Shown in pieces: positions 24,669-39,274 of a stretch of DNA of 64,000 nt; position 1 is the stretch's first letter, and each line of letters starts with the position of its first letter. The DNA lies in contig NC_042997.1 in NCBI RefSeq assembly GCF_006345805.1, positions 172,174,001 to 172,238,000 on the forward strand, read 5' to 3'. Source of the stretch: Octopus sinensis. Its lineage: Eukaryota. Both the position numbers and the translations under genes were made by a program. The notes beneath the pieces are model-generated. The model had not been told where the DNA came from, did not search any database, and saw only the letters and a list, made by a program, of their open reading frames with translations.

Positions 24669-27268
24669 ATCATCATCATCATCATCATCATTTAGCGTCC
24701 GCTTTCCATGCTAGCATGGGTTGGACGGTTCAACTGGGGTCTGTGAAGCTGGAAGGCTTCGTCAGGCCCAGTCAGATCTGAGGCAGGAGCTGTCCTTACC
24801 CCCACCATTGCTTGACAACTGATGCTGGTGTGCTTCCGTCCCCGTAACATAATGGTTCAGTAAAAGAGATCAATAGAATAAGTACCAGGCTTTAAAATAA
24901 TATAAATACTGAAACAAGTACTGGAGTCGATTCATTTGACTAAAAATTCTCAAAGGCAGTGCCTCAGCATAAATAACTGAAATGAATAAAAGATAAAAGA
25001 CAGTAGTTGAGATAGAGTTTGCAGTAAGTGGTTGTGCATAAAAAAAATCACCCGGTGGGAGTGATTTGCCCTACAAACTTTATACACATGCCAGATTTCA
25101 TGAGCAGAACTGGAGAATTCCCAGAGCTGTAAGCTGGTGGATGGTAGCACTGTTGAGGAAGGATGGGAACAAAGGAATACAATTAATAATTTCCAATCAA
25201 AAGTGAACTGAAGAACGTTTTGTCAAGGCACAGGAGTGGCTGTGTGGTAAGCAGCTTGCTTACCAGCCACATGGTTCTGAGTTCAGTTCCACTGCATGGC
25301 ACCTTGGTCAAGTGTCTTCAACTACAGCCTCAGGTCAAACAAAGCCTTGTGAGTAGATTTGGTAGACAGAAACTGAAAGAAGCCTATCGTGTATATGTAT
25401 ATATGTATATGTGTATATGCTGGCATGTGTGTTTGTCCCCCCAACATCGCTTGACAACCGATGCTGGTGTGTTTACGTCCCTATAACTTAGTGGTTCGGT
25501 AAAAGAGACTGATATAATAAGCACTAGGCTTACAAAGAATAAGTCCTGGAATCGATTTGCTCGACTAAAAAGTGGTGCTCCAGCATGACCACAGTTAAAT
25601 GACTGAAACAAGTAAAAGAATAAAAGAATAAAAGATGCTGTGTAATATTCATTTTTACTGTAAGGTAGCAAACTGGCAGAATCATTAGCAATGTTGAGCA
25701 AAATGCATAGTGGCATTTCATTCATCTGTACTTTTTGAGTTCAAATTCTGCTGAGGTCAACTTTTGCATTTCGTCCTTTCAGGGTCGACAAAATATATAC
25801 CAATTTAACACTGGGATCCATGTAATCATCTTACTCCCTGTCCTGAAAATAATGGCCTTGTGCCACAATTTGAAACCAATATTTATTCTCATCATCATCA
25901 TCATCATCATCGTTTAACGTTCGCTTTCCATGCTAGCATGGGTTGGACGATTTGGTTGAGAACTGGCGAACCAGATGGCTGCACCAGGCTCCAATCTGAT
26001 CTGGCAGAGCTTCTACAGCTGGATGCCTTTCTTTATGCCAACCACTCCGAGAGTGTAGTGGATGCTTTTTACATGTCACTGGCACAGGGGCCAGTCAGGC
26101 GGTACTAGGGTTCTTTGTATTCTGAGTTCAAATCCTGCCATTGTTTACTTGGGTGGTAGACTTAATCTGTAGCTGAGTCTAACACACACAGTCACTTGGT
26201 TTGATGCTGAAACAAATCTCTCAACATGAAATCAACAGCAGCTTTGTTAACCCACAAATAAAAGACAAAAGCATATACATATATATATACAGTCACATAC
26301 ACACTCACACATATATGTATACGACTTGTACATACATACATATATAAATGTATGTACATATGTACATATATATATACGAGTATGATACATTCTATGAACA
26401 ACATGTTTATGGTTTCTTTTTCTTTCTGAAAGAGGATGATACTAGTTAGATATAGCATTTTTATGACTGTATATTTTTATTATATGAAAATTATACAGGA
26501 GAAAGTTGATTATATATTCAGTACGATATTTTATCGCCGACTCTCCTGTCTAGAGTATAAATAATTCTATGCAGCCTCTGTTAAAAGCTTTGACCATTAT
26601 TATATACACAGTTTTTACATGCAAACGAACACACACACAAAACCTGGTAAATTTTTTTTGACAAATTATAACGGCTTTTTCCTAAACTATGTAGCTTACA
26701 TAAATGTTTATTTATCCTAACATAAATAAAATTTACAGACATTGATTTGGCATAAATAATGAGTAACATCAAAATAATTATCACACCACTGGAGCTAAAA
26801 ATCAGTGAAGAATCTTCAGGAAACAGCAGTTATAAAAGTCATTATAAGAGAAACTGGTATAAATATAAATACTTTCTATTTACTTTTAGAATAATAATCA
26901 GAAATGGACAGTTGGTCAATGTTGTTTGGGTTAACTGTGCGTACCAAATTTCTTTGCTTCATGAAGAGGAGACAAAATGTGATCAAAATACCAAAGTCAT
27001 TGAGAGAATCAGAGCAAGTCCAGTTTCATACTCTTTTACTCTTTTACTTGTTTCAGTCACTTGACGGTGGCCATGCTGGAGCACTGCCTTTAGTCGAGCA
27101 AATCGTCCCCAGGACTTATTCTTTGGAAGCCTAGTACTTATTCTATCGGTCTCTTTTGCCGAACCACTAAGTTACAGGGACGTAAACACACCAGCATTGG
27201 TTATCAAGCAATGTTGGAGTGGGGGGATAAACACAGACACACAAACGTATACACACACATGCATATAT

Positions 27269-27302
<34 letters not shown>

Positions 27303-27717
27303 CATATATACGACGGGCTTCTTTCAGTTTCCGTCTACCAAATCCACTCACAAGGCTTTGGTCAGCCCGAGGCTATAATAGAAGACACTTGCCCAAGGTG
27401 CCACACAGTGGGACTGAACTTGGAACCATGTGGTTGATAAGCAAGCTACTTACCACACAGCCACTCCTACTGTATATATTTTTTATTTGCTTTAGTCATT
27501 AGACGGCAACCATGCTGGGGCACTGTCTTGAAGAATTTTTTAGCTGAATGAATTGAGCCCAGTATTTATTTTTTTAAGCCTGGTTCTTATTCTATCAGTC
27601 TCTTTTGCTGAACTGCTAGGCTACGGAGACGTAGATACACTAGCACCGGTTGTCAAGCAGTGGTGGGTGACAAACACAGACATAACAACACACACATACA
27701 CATATATATATATGTAT

Positions 27718-27749
<32 letters not shown>

Positions 27750-28529
27750 ACCACACACACACACATTGTCTTTAATTCCTTTAGTCAAACAAATCAACCC
27801 CAGGACTTATTCTTTGTAAGCCTTGTACTTATTCCATCGATCCCTTTGCTGAACTACTAATTTACAGGGACGTAAGCAATGGCAGGATTTGAACTCAGAA
27901 TACAAAGAACCAGAACAAATATTGGTTTCAAATTGTGGCATAAGGCCAGTATTTTGGGGAGGGGGGGAGAAGGTAAGATACCTACATTGATCTTAGTGTT
28001 TAACTGGTACTTATTTTATTGACCCTGAAAGGATGAAAGACAAAAGTTGATCTCAGCAGAATTTGAACTTAAAATGTATAGTCGAATGAAATACCACTAT
28101 GCCATGCCTGAGGCATTTTACCTATGACTATATCATTCACTGTTCTCCATTTTCCAAGAATATAACCTTCATTATTTAAAGGAGATTTGGCTGCACCTTC
28201 AAGCAAATCTATAGTAGAAGACATTTTCCTAAAGTGTTGCACAGCAGGACTGAACCTGAGACAACCAGGCTTGAAAGCTAACTTCTTAACCACACAAACA
28301 TGTCTGCAGTGCAGCTTATAATAGCATATATAGTAATATATGATAATTTTAACTAGTAAAAACTTAACCTGATGAAGTTGAAAAATTATTACCAAGAATC
28401 TTACCAAGTTTCTTTGCAACAGCTCAGCTACTGGGAAAGGTATGCAGTAATATATATCTGGAAGATCCTGGAAGGAATTGTGCCAAATTTTGGCGTTGAA
28501 GGCTACACCAATACCTGAATGGGATGACA

Positions 28530-28860
28530 CTGCATAGTGCCAAAGATCCCAGAAATACCATCATGCTTCAATACCAGTTACAGCAACAGCCTGGATTTCA
28601 AGGGCCCACAGCTTTTTAATATTCTCCCAAAGAGTCTGAGGAACTTGCACAAAGTAGATGTAGGGGTTTTAAATCAAAGCTGGACCTCTTTCTGTCGAGA
28701 GTCCCAGATGAACCTACCACATGGCAAGAGGTGCAAATGAGGGTAGCTATATCAAACTCCATTCTTCACCAACTGCCACATATTAGAGGAGGCTCTTAGT
28801 AATAACAGCGTAGCAAAACGGCAGTGCATCAGCATGGCCGTAGCTCTGAGCTGAAACTAG
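28530..28860 (+). mobile_element. CR1/L2-group LINE 3' fragment
   Basis: NSLDFKGPQLFNILPKSLRNL..(frameshift)..KLDLFLSRVPDEPT; related fragment at 58655-58850 (-). Confidence 0.8.
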
Positions 28861-28951
28861 AGAGAAAAAAAGAAAAGAATCAATCCAATATGAATTTAAG
28901 GAGCCAAGTCTTGAACAACATGACAAAAAAAAATAACCATTCTACTGTTAG

Positions 28952-29013
28952 AACCATCTCTGAACTGCTTCTTAATACTTGCACCAATATTTGATGAAAT
29001 CCTCCTTCCACAG
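28952..29013 (+). other. Candidate 62-nt exon (EPSLNCFLILAPIFDEILLPQ)
   Basis: TTCTACTGTTAG acceptor, CAG|GTATAT donor, only one open frame. Confidence 0.35.
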
Positions 29014-29411
29014 GTATATTTTCATCTCCCTTTTCACTGTTCTATGTTAATGCATCTTTTTTAATGTTAATGTGTCTTTTTTTCCTCTGAATTTATTTAG
29101 ATTACTGGCTTAAATTTATTATCTTCTATAGTTTCATTTTCTCTTGTAATTAACTTCACTTTGAACTTGCTTTGAAGCCAAAAGTTTAAGTTTTTAAAAA
29201 ATTGTCATCTGGATTATGCAATTAATTTATTCAAATCAGCAATTACTAAGTTGGTGAAACCATAAAAAAAGAATTTCCTTATTATTATTTCTTTAATAAA
29301 TAATAATTATTATTTTTTAATAACAAACAAATAACATAGAATTCATTATTTTTATTTGTATATTCATTTTTATTTATTCTTTTTTATTTATATTGTATTT
29401 TTTTCTCACAG

Positions 29412-29511
29412 CATGAACAACGGCCTTTAAAAACATTCAAAAGTTTCTTTGAACTGAATTCTAAAACTTTATTATTTCAAATTAATTAAAATCTACTTCA
29501 AATTTGAATTG
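29412..29511 (+). other. Candidate 100-nt exon (HEQRPLKTFKSFFELNSKTLLFQIN*)
   Basis: Strong TTTTTCTCACAG acceptor and TTG|GTATGT donor; phase-compatible with 28952-29013; contains a stop. Confidence 0.35.
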
Positions 29512-30137
29512 GTATGTGGTTCGAGTGCTGATCTATGAAGGGCACCTTGAAATAAAATCAAAATAGACCACATGCCCATTTTATTAGTTTTCATTTCACT
29601 TTTCCTAAGAACCTTTTAAAGTGAATGCAGCTCATATCCATGGCAATGCATATAAGTTTTAAAATTTATAGCAAATGCACAAACAAAAAACAGACATGGA
29701 ATGGCAAGCTAAACAACATATAGTAAATGCACAAACAAAAAACAGACACAGAAGGTCACCAACTCCTCATTAGTTATCAGCCAGAGAGTCAAACGCAAAT
29801 TTCGTGCCTTTAACAATAATATTACTTCCACTCTGGTGGCAACCAGCAAGAAACTTGCCAGAAATGGGTCCAAAACATAACAAAATGAGACAGACAAATA
29901 ACAAATAGATGAACAAGCAATACAGAACATATATACACACAAACATACATACATATATATATGTATGTATATTGCCTGAAGAAATGAATCAATGATGATT
30001 ATCAACTGGTGCCCACAGATACTACAGACTACACTGTAATCATCCCAGGAATATGGACTGTAATCTTAAGAGTCATATGATTTGTGGAAACGTGTGTAGC
30101 AATGCATTAAAAGTTTATAAATTTCATCCAAGGATTA

Positions 30138-30169
<32 letters not shown>

Positions 30170-31833
30170 TTTTTTTTCCTTCTTTCTTCAAATTTTCTTC
30201 CATTTCTTGCCAAGTGTTTTCCATACACCTAGGGCAGAGAAGGGCATTGTATGCATTCCCAGATTACACGTGCAAATTCACAGATAAAATATGTATTTAA
30301 AAATTAATAAATAAATAAATTCATGGATGGATGTTATTTTCACAGCAATAGTGCTCTTCTCAGTACATGAGCCGTTTTTGCACTTCCTGTAGGGATAGTG
30401 AGCCTGGAATCATTTTCAAATAGGTTTCAGTACCATTTTTTATCATTCCTAGAGATCCTACAATCACTGGTACTGTAGTCGCCTTGAGATGCCACATTTT
30501 TTCAATTTCATTTTTTCTAATTTCTATTTCAGGTCTTTATATTTACTAATCTTGTCAAATTCTTTCACCGCTATATTGTGATCACAGGAAATACTCATGT
30601 CAATTAATAAACACATCCTTTTTGTCTGATCTTTTATAATAATATCCAGTTTATTAGCTTTTATAGTCTTGTCGGTCTGCACAGGGAAGTCCCATTGAAT
30701 CGACACATTTTCTCCCTCAGTCACAGCTTCAGGATGATGTTTATACCATTTGTCAGCGATTTTGATTTTATAATGCCGACATATTGTCCAATGTAAATAC
30801 TGGCCGACTCTGTCATGTCTTGCTTTATATTCTGCAGGTGCTAAGACTCTACACCCTGAGATTAGGTGGTCTATTGTTTCAATCTCATCGTTACAGAATC
30901 GGCATTTTGGGTCAGCTCCATTTTTCATCACATTGGCTTGGTAGTTCCGGGTTAATAAGCTATGGTCTTGAGCAGCTAATATGAAACTTTCACTCTCTGC
31001 TTTAAGCCCTGAGCTTCGTAACCATTGGTGCGTGTGTTTCTGGTCGACATCAGCTTGTTTGCTACGGGCCACATACTTGCCATGGAGAGGTTTCTGTTCC
31101 CATCTGCAAGCTAAATTTTCATGTGCTTTTGTCTTTGCAATTAATTTTCTTTTCTTTGCAGCTGCAGTTGGCGTATTTCCTTCAGCCTGATCAATCTGGT
31201 GGGTATCTAAGTGATCAGTAGCGAATTTTTTGCTCTCTTTGAGAGTAGAGTGAAGTCTTTTCAGTCTTTCATATTTTTCAACAAGTTTTAGCATCCAATC
31301 GTTGGTTGCTTCAAGGTATTTGGCCAGTCCGATTGTGGTGGTTTTGTGTGTAAGCTCAAGCTGGATCAAACCTCGACCTCCCTGAGCTCTGGGAAGGTAA
31401 AGGCAATCCACGTCTGCTTTTGGATGGTGCATCTTATTACAAGTCAGTAGCTTGCGGATTTTTCTGTCAATTTTCATTATTTCACTGGTATTCCAGTTAA
31501 GCACATTGAAGCTATATAGAACAACAGGTACTGCTAAGGAATTTATGGCTAACACCTTATTATATGCCTTCAGCTGAGACTTCAGGACTGCTCGAACTCT
31601 TCTATAACATTCTTTCCTAACCTTCTCTTTCATGCTTGCATGCTGGATACCAGAGCCTTCATTTATTCCTAGGTATTTATAGGTTTGTTCCTGCTCAAGT
31701 TCCTTTATTACTATTTCGACATCTAATTCGATTGAACTAGACTTTACCAATTTCTCTTTCTTAAAAGTGGCTTTGGCACACTTTTCAAGGCCAAACTCCA
31801 TCCCGATATCATCACTGAATCCTTTCACAGTAT
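30170..31833 (-). mobile_element. 5'-truncated R4/Dong-clade non-LTR retrotransposon (RT end, CCHC knuckle, restriction-like endonuclease)
   Basis: ORF 30524-31828: YKYLG, GGRGL, CRFC..ETIDHLISGC, RHD, DIII..LID..KYKDL; flanked on both sides by (TAA/TTA)n. Confidence 0.92.
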
Positions 31834-31845
31834 GTAATAATAATA

Positions 31846-31878
<33 letters not shown>

Positions 31879-31879
31879 G

Positions 31880-34290
31880 GACATTCACAAGCACTACTGG
31901 AATTCCATGAATCTTATCAGACAGGCATTAGGGAAAGCCTTAAAACAAGTGGGAAAAAGTCCTGGAATAACATCACAAATTCCCAGTATTGTGCACTCCA
32001 TTGTCTAGCTAATAATGATTCAATTGTTATTAAAAAGACAGATAAGGGAGGCGGTATTGTAATTACAGACAAAAGTGAGTATATTTCAACTTGTGAAGAA
32101 GTTTTAAGTGACAAAATTTCATATGAAGAATTACCTGTCAATCCAGACCCCAATTACAGAGAGGAACTTGACAAAATAGTTCTGAAAATGGAGGGAAACA
32201 ATTTCATTAATAAGGCCAAATCCTGGATTTTACATTTGCATTTTATGATCTCACCAAAATACACAAAAAGTTTGAAAGATTTCCTCCAATGCACCCAATT
32301 TGCAGTGCATATGAATGTTGTACAGCCAAAATTTAGGAGTGGTTGGGTGGTTTTCTACCCCCTGTTGCAAAAAGATCAAGTCCCTATATTTGAGATACTT
32401 TTGATTTTGCATCTAAAATCAACAACTTTTTTTAGCACCAAAGCCATGTCGTAAACTATTTTTTGGTAACCATGGATGTTCCTTCTTTATATCCCAATAT
32501 TGACCATGATGAATGGTTAGAAGCATACATGAATGCCTTGAAAAATGGTCAAGCAAAAGTATCCCATCTAATTTTCTCTGTAGGCTATTGAGGTTTGTGT
32601 TACAAAGTAATACAATGAAGTTTGGACAAAAATATTACCACCAGAAGAGGGGTTGCACCATGAGTACCCCCATGGCAGTTAATTTCACTAATGTCTTCAT
32701 GACAAAATTCAAGACACAGTTACTGAAGACATTCAAATCCCTACATGGTCATGGACCAATACTCTGGTTACAGTTCACTGGTGACTTCTTTTTTGTCTGG
32801 GAGGATCACAGGACAGTTTAATTGACTTCTTGCATTTCTGTGACTGTTATGCTAAAAACTATGACTTTAAGTCCAACGTAAAATTTACATCTAGTTTTTT
32901 CAAAAACTAGTCTTGAATTTTCGGACATAAAAGTTAAGTTTTCTGGAGGCAGAATAGTGACCGAGTTATTTTGCAAGCCCACATCATCCCACATTTACTT
33001 CCATCACTGCTCCAATCATCCTATCTATCTATCTGCTCAGTCGAAGTCAACTCTCAGTTACTCGATGGATCAGTGTCCTCCAGCCAGTTCTATCCTGAGT
33101 CGCTTCTTTCAGATTAGCTATGTCCATTCCTGTGTCACTCTTGATGGTGTCAAGCCAGCGGGTTCTTGGTCGGCCTCTTCCTCTCTTGCCACTGACCATT
33201 CCGAGCATGATGTCCTTCTCCAGGGATTTTCTCCGCATAATATGACCAAAATATGTCAATCTATGCTTGGTGATCCTAGCTTCTAGCGACAGTTTCGGCT
33301 TGATCCACATCATATAATTTGGTCAAATCCGAAATCCCAATTTTGGGGAATAAAATGGATTTGAACTAACATACAGGATTATTGAAAACATGCAAATGCT
33401 TCCGTACACCATTTTATCAAATGCAGTTACAATGAATCACAATTAAAGGAAATAGCAAATGACATAACAACGATTAGCAAAGAAAATCAAACTTTCATAA
33501 ATAATTTTAACAAAGTACAATATGTGACAGAATTCTTTTAGTGATTAATTGGCACCAAAATTTTACTGGCATTTCAAAAGTGTTACATGAAATAATCAAC
33601 ATGTGGAAAAATATCCTCATTTTAAACAGATAACTGCTCAGCAACCTATTGTAGCCTTTGGACGGAATAAAAATATAAGAGAATTATTAACCTCTACCTC
33701 TTACTCCGAGAAAACTAACATTGGAGTTTCTGCATGCTGTACCTTTAAAAACAGCCACAAGAGAGGTAAGCCCTGTTCATTGTGCAACAACATTAGTCAA
33801 GTCAATTCCATCAGGAACCATAACAGAAATGTAAATAGATTCCCATTTGGTGTACACAGCAGAATGCACCAAACACTTGATTTATGTTGGTTGTTCAACA
33901 GACCAATAAACAAAAGATTCAATGGGCACAGATATGACATCAGGCACAATATCACTAGTTTGACAGAGCTTGCCAAACTTTTTACATCAAATGGCTGCAA
34001 TTTTGAAAAAAAACTTCAAAGTGCATATTCTCAGAAAATATTCTGAATCTGCTACACTTTCACTCCTCAAAATGCATGAGGAGAAATAAATGACAGGGAA
34101 ATTTTATCATATTTACACAAAACTGTTTGATTAAATATTCTACTTCTTTTTCCATTTCTTTTTCTTTTCTTCTCTTTTTCTTCTCTATTTTTCTTTCTTT
34201 TTCTTTTTGCTAGTTGTAAACTTGAAAATTAAAGACTGATGATGTTCAACTATTATTACTTAATATTTTAAAACATCAAACACTAAAATC
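31880..34290 (+). mobile_element. Degenerate Penelope-like element (RT + GIY-YIG)
   Basis: IVIKKTDKGGGIVI, QKRGCTMSTPMA..FTNVFM, WLQFTGDFFFVW, KPTSSHIY..SNHP, CSLC, YVG..RFNGHRYDI; many frameshifts. Confidence 0.88.
33020..33310 (-). mobile_element. RTE/BovB-like 3' fragment nested in the Penelope RT
   Basis: RLTYFGHIMRRKSLEKDIMLG..RGRGRPRTRWLD; (GATA)n tail; ATCC at both junctions; excision restores SNHPHHII. Confidence 0.88.
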
Positions 34291-35417
34291 CATCTTAACA
34301 TCATCATCATCGTTTAACGTCCGTTTTCCGTGCTAGCACGGGTTGGACGGTTCGACCAGGTTCTGCGAAGCCAGGGGCTGCACCAGGCTTCAGTCTGATC
34401 TGGCAGTGTTTCTACAGCTGGATGCCCTTCCTAACACCAACCACTCCGTAAGTGTAGTGGGTGCTTTTTACGTGCCACCGGCATTGGTGCCAGGGGAGTC
34501 TGGCATTGGCCACGATCAGTTGGTACTTTTAACATGCCACCGGCACGGAAGCAAGTCAAGGCGGCGCTGGCATTAGCCATGTTTGGATGGTGCTTTTTAT
34601 GTGCCACCGACACAGAAGCCAGTCGAGGTGGCGCTGGCATTGATAATAATAATAAACAATATATTCAAATATTCTATTATTACAAGTAATAACACAAACA
34701 TGCATCATTAAATAATATAAATAAATTAAACAATTATATAAATAATAATGATTATTAAACAACATAAATTTCACAATTAAATTAATTAAACATCAATAAA
34801 ATTAAATAACTTATTTATACTCAAATATATATAAATATAAATACCTATTTCTTTACTACCCACAAGGGGCTAAATACAGAGATGACAAACAAGAATAGAC
34901 AAATGGATTAAGTCGATTACATCGACCCCAGTGCGTAACAGGTACTTATTTAATTAACCCCGAAAGTATGAAGGGTAAAGTTGACCTCGGCGGAATTTGA
35001 ACTCAGAACGTAACGACAGTAGAAATACCACTAAGCATTTCGCCTGGCCGCCGCCTTTTCATATATAAATATAAATACCATTAAGTTCTTATTGATATTT
35101 GTCATTCCATCAACATGGGCACGTAAGTTGCACTCGTACATATTTTGGATTTGAATTTCTATGTATCACTTTTCATTATGAACTGTCAAAGACAGGCTAG
35201 CTGTCAAAATATTATTTAAACAATAAAATATCTATTGCATCGTATCATGCTCTTCTTTTTCTTCTTCTTCTTCTTCTTCTTCTTCTTATTATTATTATTA
35301 TTATTATTATTACTACTTTATATATTTATATATATATATATATCAATGTAACTTCACATAGACTGTTGGCAACTTTTTGCCTCCTTTTTCTTACCCTTTG
35401 GACTTATCTGTTTTTCC

Positions 35418-35454
35418 TGTTTTCAAAGAAGAGCTATGCTCGAAACGTAAAACA
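35418..35454 (+). ncRNA. Decayed minimal Penelope-type hammerhead
   Basis: TGTTT-[TCAAAGA]-A-GAGC-TAT-GCTC-GAAAC-GT-A-AAACA; the CTGAAGA core is mutated. Confidence 0.5.
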
Positions 35455-35555
35455 ACTGCTCTCTTCCCTCTCTGAGTGACTTAATACATTGCTTGTGCTA
35501 TGTCCTCACGTTTGTCTGTTTTTTTTTCTTTTTCTCTATGTTTTTAATTGACTCC

Positions 35556-35614
<59 letters not shown>

Positions 35615-36016
35615 CTTCCAAGGATATTCTTCTGCTTTTGAAGTACCCATGCCACTCAAAACATTGTGGACAAACTCATTGCCTCATCGTCATAAGCTTG
35701 CCAAAGCATGTGCAATGTCTTTGTAATAAACTTCTCGAGTTTAACACAAAATTTCATTTTGGCTCTTTGTTCCAACTTCCTGTCCATGACAATATCACAA
35801 ACTACAGCATACACGTGATCACAAGAACACAAATTTCACAATTTGTGAAAGGAGTGGCTGTGTGGTAAGTAGCTTGCTTACCAACCACATGGTTCCAAGT
35901 TCAGTCCCACTGCGTGGCAGCTTTGGAAAGTGTCTTCTACTATAGCCTCTGGCCGACCAAAGCCTTGTGAGTGGATTTGGCAGACAGAAACTGAAAGAAG
36001 CCTGTCGTATATATGA

Positions 36017-36082
<66 letters not shown>

Positions 36083-36992
36083 ACATATATATATATATAT
36101 ATGCATGTATGTATGTGTGTATATGTTTGTGTGTCTGTGTTTGTCCCCCCCCCAACATTGCTCGACTAAAGGCGGTGCTCCAGCATGGCTGCAGTCAAAT
36201 GACTGAAACAAGTAAAAGAGTAGAAGGGTAAAAGAGTAAGCACAGTGATGTCACTCAGCACACTACCTCATGAAGGTCACTGCTAGCTTTCATTATACAC
36301 ACAACTAGGTGCTGTCATCTGTTGGCATGCTACAGAACTAGTCCAGGAACCTTTTGATACCACCTTGTATCTACATGTGCTTTGTTATTCCCTTTCTTAT
36401 AACCACGATTTTTTAAAAAACAGAATTGTTATAGGAATTTGTACAATTGTTGAAACAATGTCCATCATATTTGCTGGATAAACAAATTTTAAATATTCTT
36501 AACAGCTTTGTTTCATATTAATAGTGAGTGATTTGGTTTTAATTTAATGTATTAGAGCATATGATATGAAATTCTATAAGAATGGTATTTGCTACTGTCT
36601 ATGTTTAGGATGATACCTAGAAAAATATTTATTTTAAGTCTTGTATATATCATGATCTTTGAATCAAATTCTTCGAATAATTCAATTGGTTTTTTTTTTT
36701 ACCTAAATTAGCTTGGTTATTGTATTTCTAGGAATTAATGGGCCACCACCTGTGAATAAGTCATAGAATTTTATAAATGCAAAATATATAATCTTATCCT
36801 TCTGCATACTACTAGTGAATCTTTTGAGCCCAAACTTATATCAAAAGAAACATTTTTTTTTTTATTAATCCATAAAGCATTATCAAAAGATAGTATCTTC
36901 TTGCGTGCATTATAATATTAGTTTCAACATCAGAAACCTGTGAGTAGTTTTTTGTAAAAATTGTTATTCGTCATTTATGCTATTGATTCAAG

Positions 36993-37022
36993 ATCTGACA
37001 GAAGCATTGCTATTTCATAATG
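36993..37022 (+). other. Candidate 30-nt exon (DLTEALLFHN)
   Basis: ATG|GTAAGA donor, TTGATTCAAG acceptor; a second candidate 37734-37778 (VHNYESTLQPIAEMP, GTAAGC donor) lies nearby. Confidence 0.25.
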
Positions 37023-38021
37023 GTAAGACTGATATTCTACTAATTTTAGTAATTATATTGCCTAAAACTTATTTACTAATTATTCTTCCTTTAGCTTTTG
37101 TTGCATTAATTAACCTTTTTGTTAATTATTGAAATATACTGTCATTGTTTCCATTAATTATAAAATAATGAAGAATTTCTAAAAATTACTTATAGTTAGT
37201 ATGGCTAGTTTTGGGGTTGTTTTGCATGTTTTAGTGATTGTATTTTTCAGGAATTTAGAGTGTATAGTGTTGTTTAGCCCATATATATTCCTCATCATCA
37301 TTAAGCTGTATTAAGGTGGTGAACTGGTGGAATCATTAGCACACTGGGTGAAATGGCAGCATTTCATCCTTCTTTATATCTTTATATTCTGAGTTTAAAT
37401 TCCACTGAGGTCGACTTTGCCATTCACCCTTTCAGAGTTGATAAAATAAGTACCAGTTGAGCACTAGGGTTGATGTAATTGACTTGCTCCTTCTCCCAAA
37501 ATTACTGGTTTTGTACCAAATTTGAAACCATTATTAAGCTGGATTTGGAATATTAATTAACATGAAATTTTAGATCGAATTTAAATCAAATTTAGATCTT
37601 TGAAACAAAGAATTTGTCTCACAGAACCCAGGGCAGTTGTTTTTTCCTATATGTATGTATAAATGTAATTCTTATCGCAAATGAATTACACTTCATATTT
37701 GAGGTCCTAACGAAGCTATAAGGTGTTACTCAGGTACACAACTATGAGTCCACACTGCAGCCTATTGCAGAAATGCCTGTAAGCTAATGAAGTACATAAC
37801 TCTTTTACTCTTTTATTTGTTTCAGTTATTTGACCGTGGTCATGCTAGAGCATTGCTGTTAGTCGAGCAAATTGCCCCCAGGACTTATTCTTTGTAAGCC
37901 TAGTACTTATTCTATCGGTCTCTTTTGTTGAGCGGCTAAGTTACGGGGACATAAACACACCAGCATCGGTTGTCAAGCAATGTTGAGGGGACAAACACAG
38001 ACACACAAACATATACACATG

Positions 38022-38115
<94 letters not shown>

Positions 38116-38599
38116 CATATATACGATGGACTTCTTTTAGTTTCCGTCTACCAAATCCACTCACAAGGCTTTGGTCGGCCCGAGGCTATAGTAGAAGACA
38201 TTTGCCCAAGGCGCCACGAAGTGGGACTGAATGCAGAACCATATGGTTGGTAAGCAAGCTACTTAACACACAGCCACTCCTAAGATAATCATTTATTCCT
38301 TTGTCATCTCATTTTTGTATGTGCTTCATCATCATCATCATCATCATTGCTTTAACGTTCGCTTTCCATGCTGGCATGGGTTGGACGGTTTGACGTGGAG
38401 CTGGCCAGGTGGGTATTGTCCAGATTCTAACTGTCTGCTGTACTCTTCTTAATGCCAACCACTTAACAGAGAGTGCCAGATGCTTTTTACATACCAGCAG
38501 CTCAGATGCATTTATGCAGCATTGGCATAAGTGCATTAATGCAGCACCAGTACAGGTGCTTTTCAAGTGGCACTGGCACTTGAAAGGCCAAGCCTGTAT

Positions 38600-39170
38600 G
38601 TGTGAAAAACAGCAATTTTATTTAGCTTGATGCATCTTATCAGGTATAGCAAATCACCACACCTCCCGCTCCCTTGTCATTCCTTCAGTGAGGCCCAGCA
38701 TTTGGAGATCCTTTCTCATCACTTCATCCCACATCTTCCTGGGTTTACACCTTTAACAGGTACTCTCCACAATTAAAACTTGGTGCTTCTTTATGCAGCT
38801 GTCCTCATCCTCATGACCAAACCAGCACAGTATTCTCTCTTGTACACAACATCTGACACCTCTTACACCCAGTTTTCCTCTTAAGTCATTTACACTGTGT
38901 AATGCATGCACACTGACATTGCCCATCCAGTGGTGCATGCTAGTTGCATTTCTTTCAAGCCTTCACAAGTCCTATGTAGCCAAAATCCATGTTTCACTGT
39001 CATGTAACATAACTGTACATACACAGGCATCATACAATCTGTCTTTCACTCTGAGGAGGAGGCCCTTAGTTACTAACTGAGAGAGAAGCTCTCTGAACTT
39101 TACCCAGCCTGTTCTTTATCCTAGCAACAACTTCCTCCACCACTGCTAACCTGGCCTCTTATGTAACAGA
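38600..39170 (-). mobile_element. Degenerate RTE LINE fragment
   Basis: LRGKLGVRGVRCCVQER.LCWFGH..EDSCIKK. Confidence 0.7.
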
Positions 39171-39274
39171 AGGTATCTACTACTTCTAATGACCCCACTT
39201 TGCATTTGAGGGAGTCTATTGCCTATGCATTTTTAGTGCTTATTTTTCTCATGTATTTGTCATACTTCTTTCGC

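Noticed and set aside
26885-26956. RTVNPNNIDQLSIS resembling MCM4
   Set aside because: Weak acceptor, short match, no other MCM exons
36290-36375. Plus-strand exon GAVICWHATELVQEPF
   Set aside because: The minus strand matches a mariner-type terminus (TACAAGGTGGTATCAAAAGGTTCCTGGAC)
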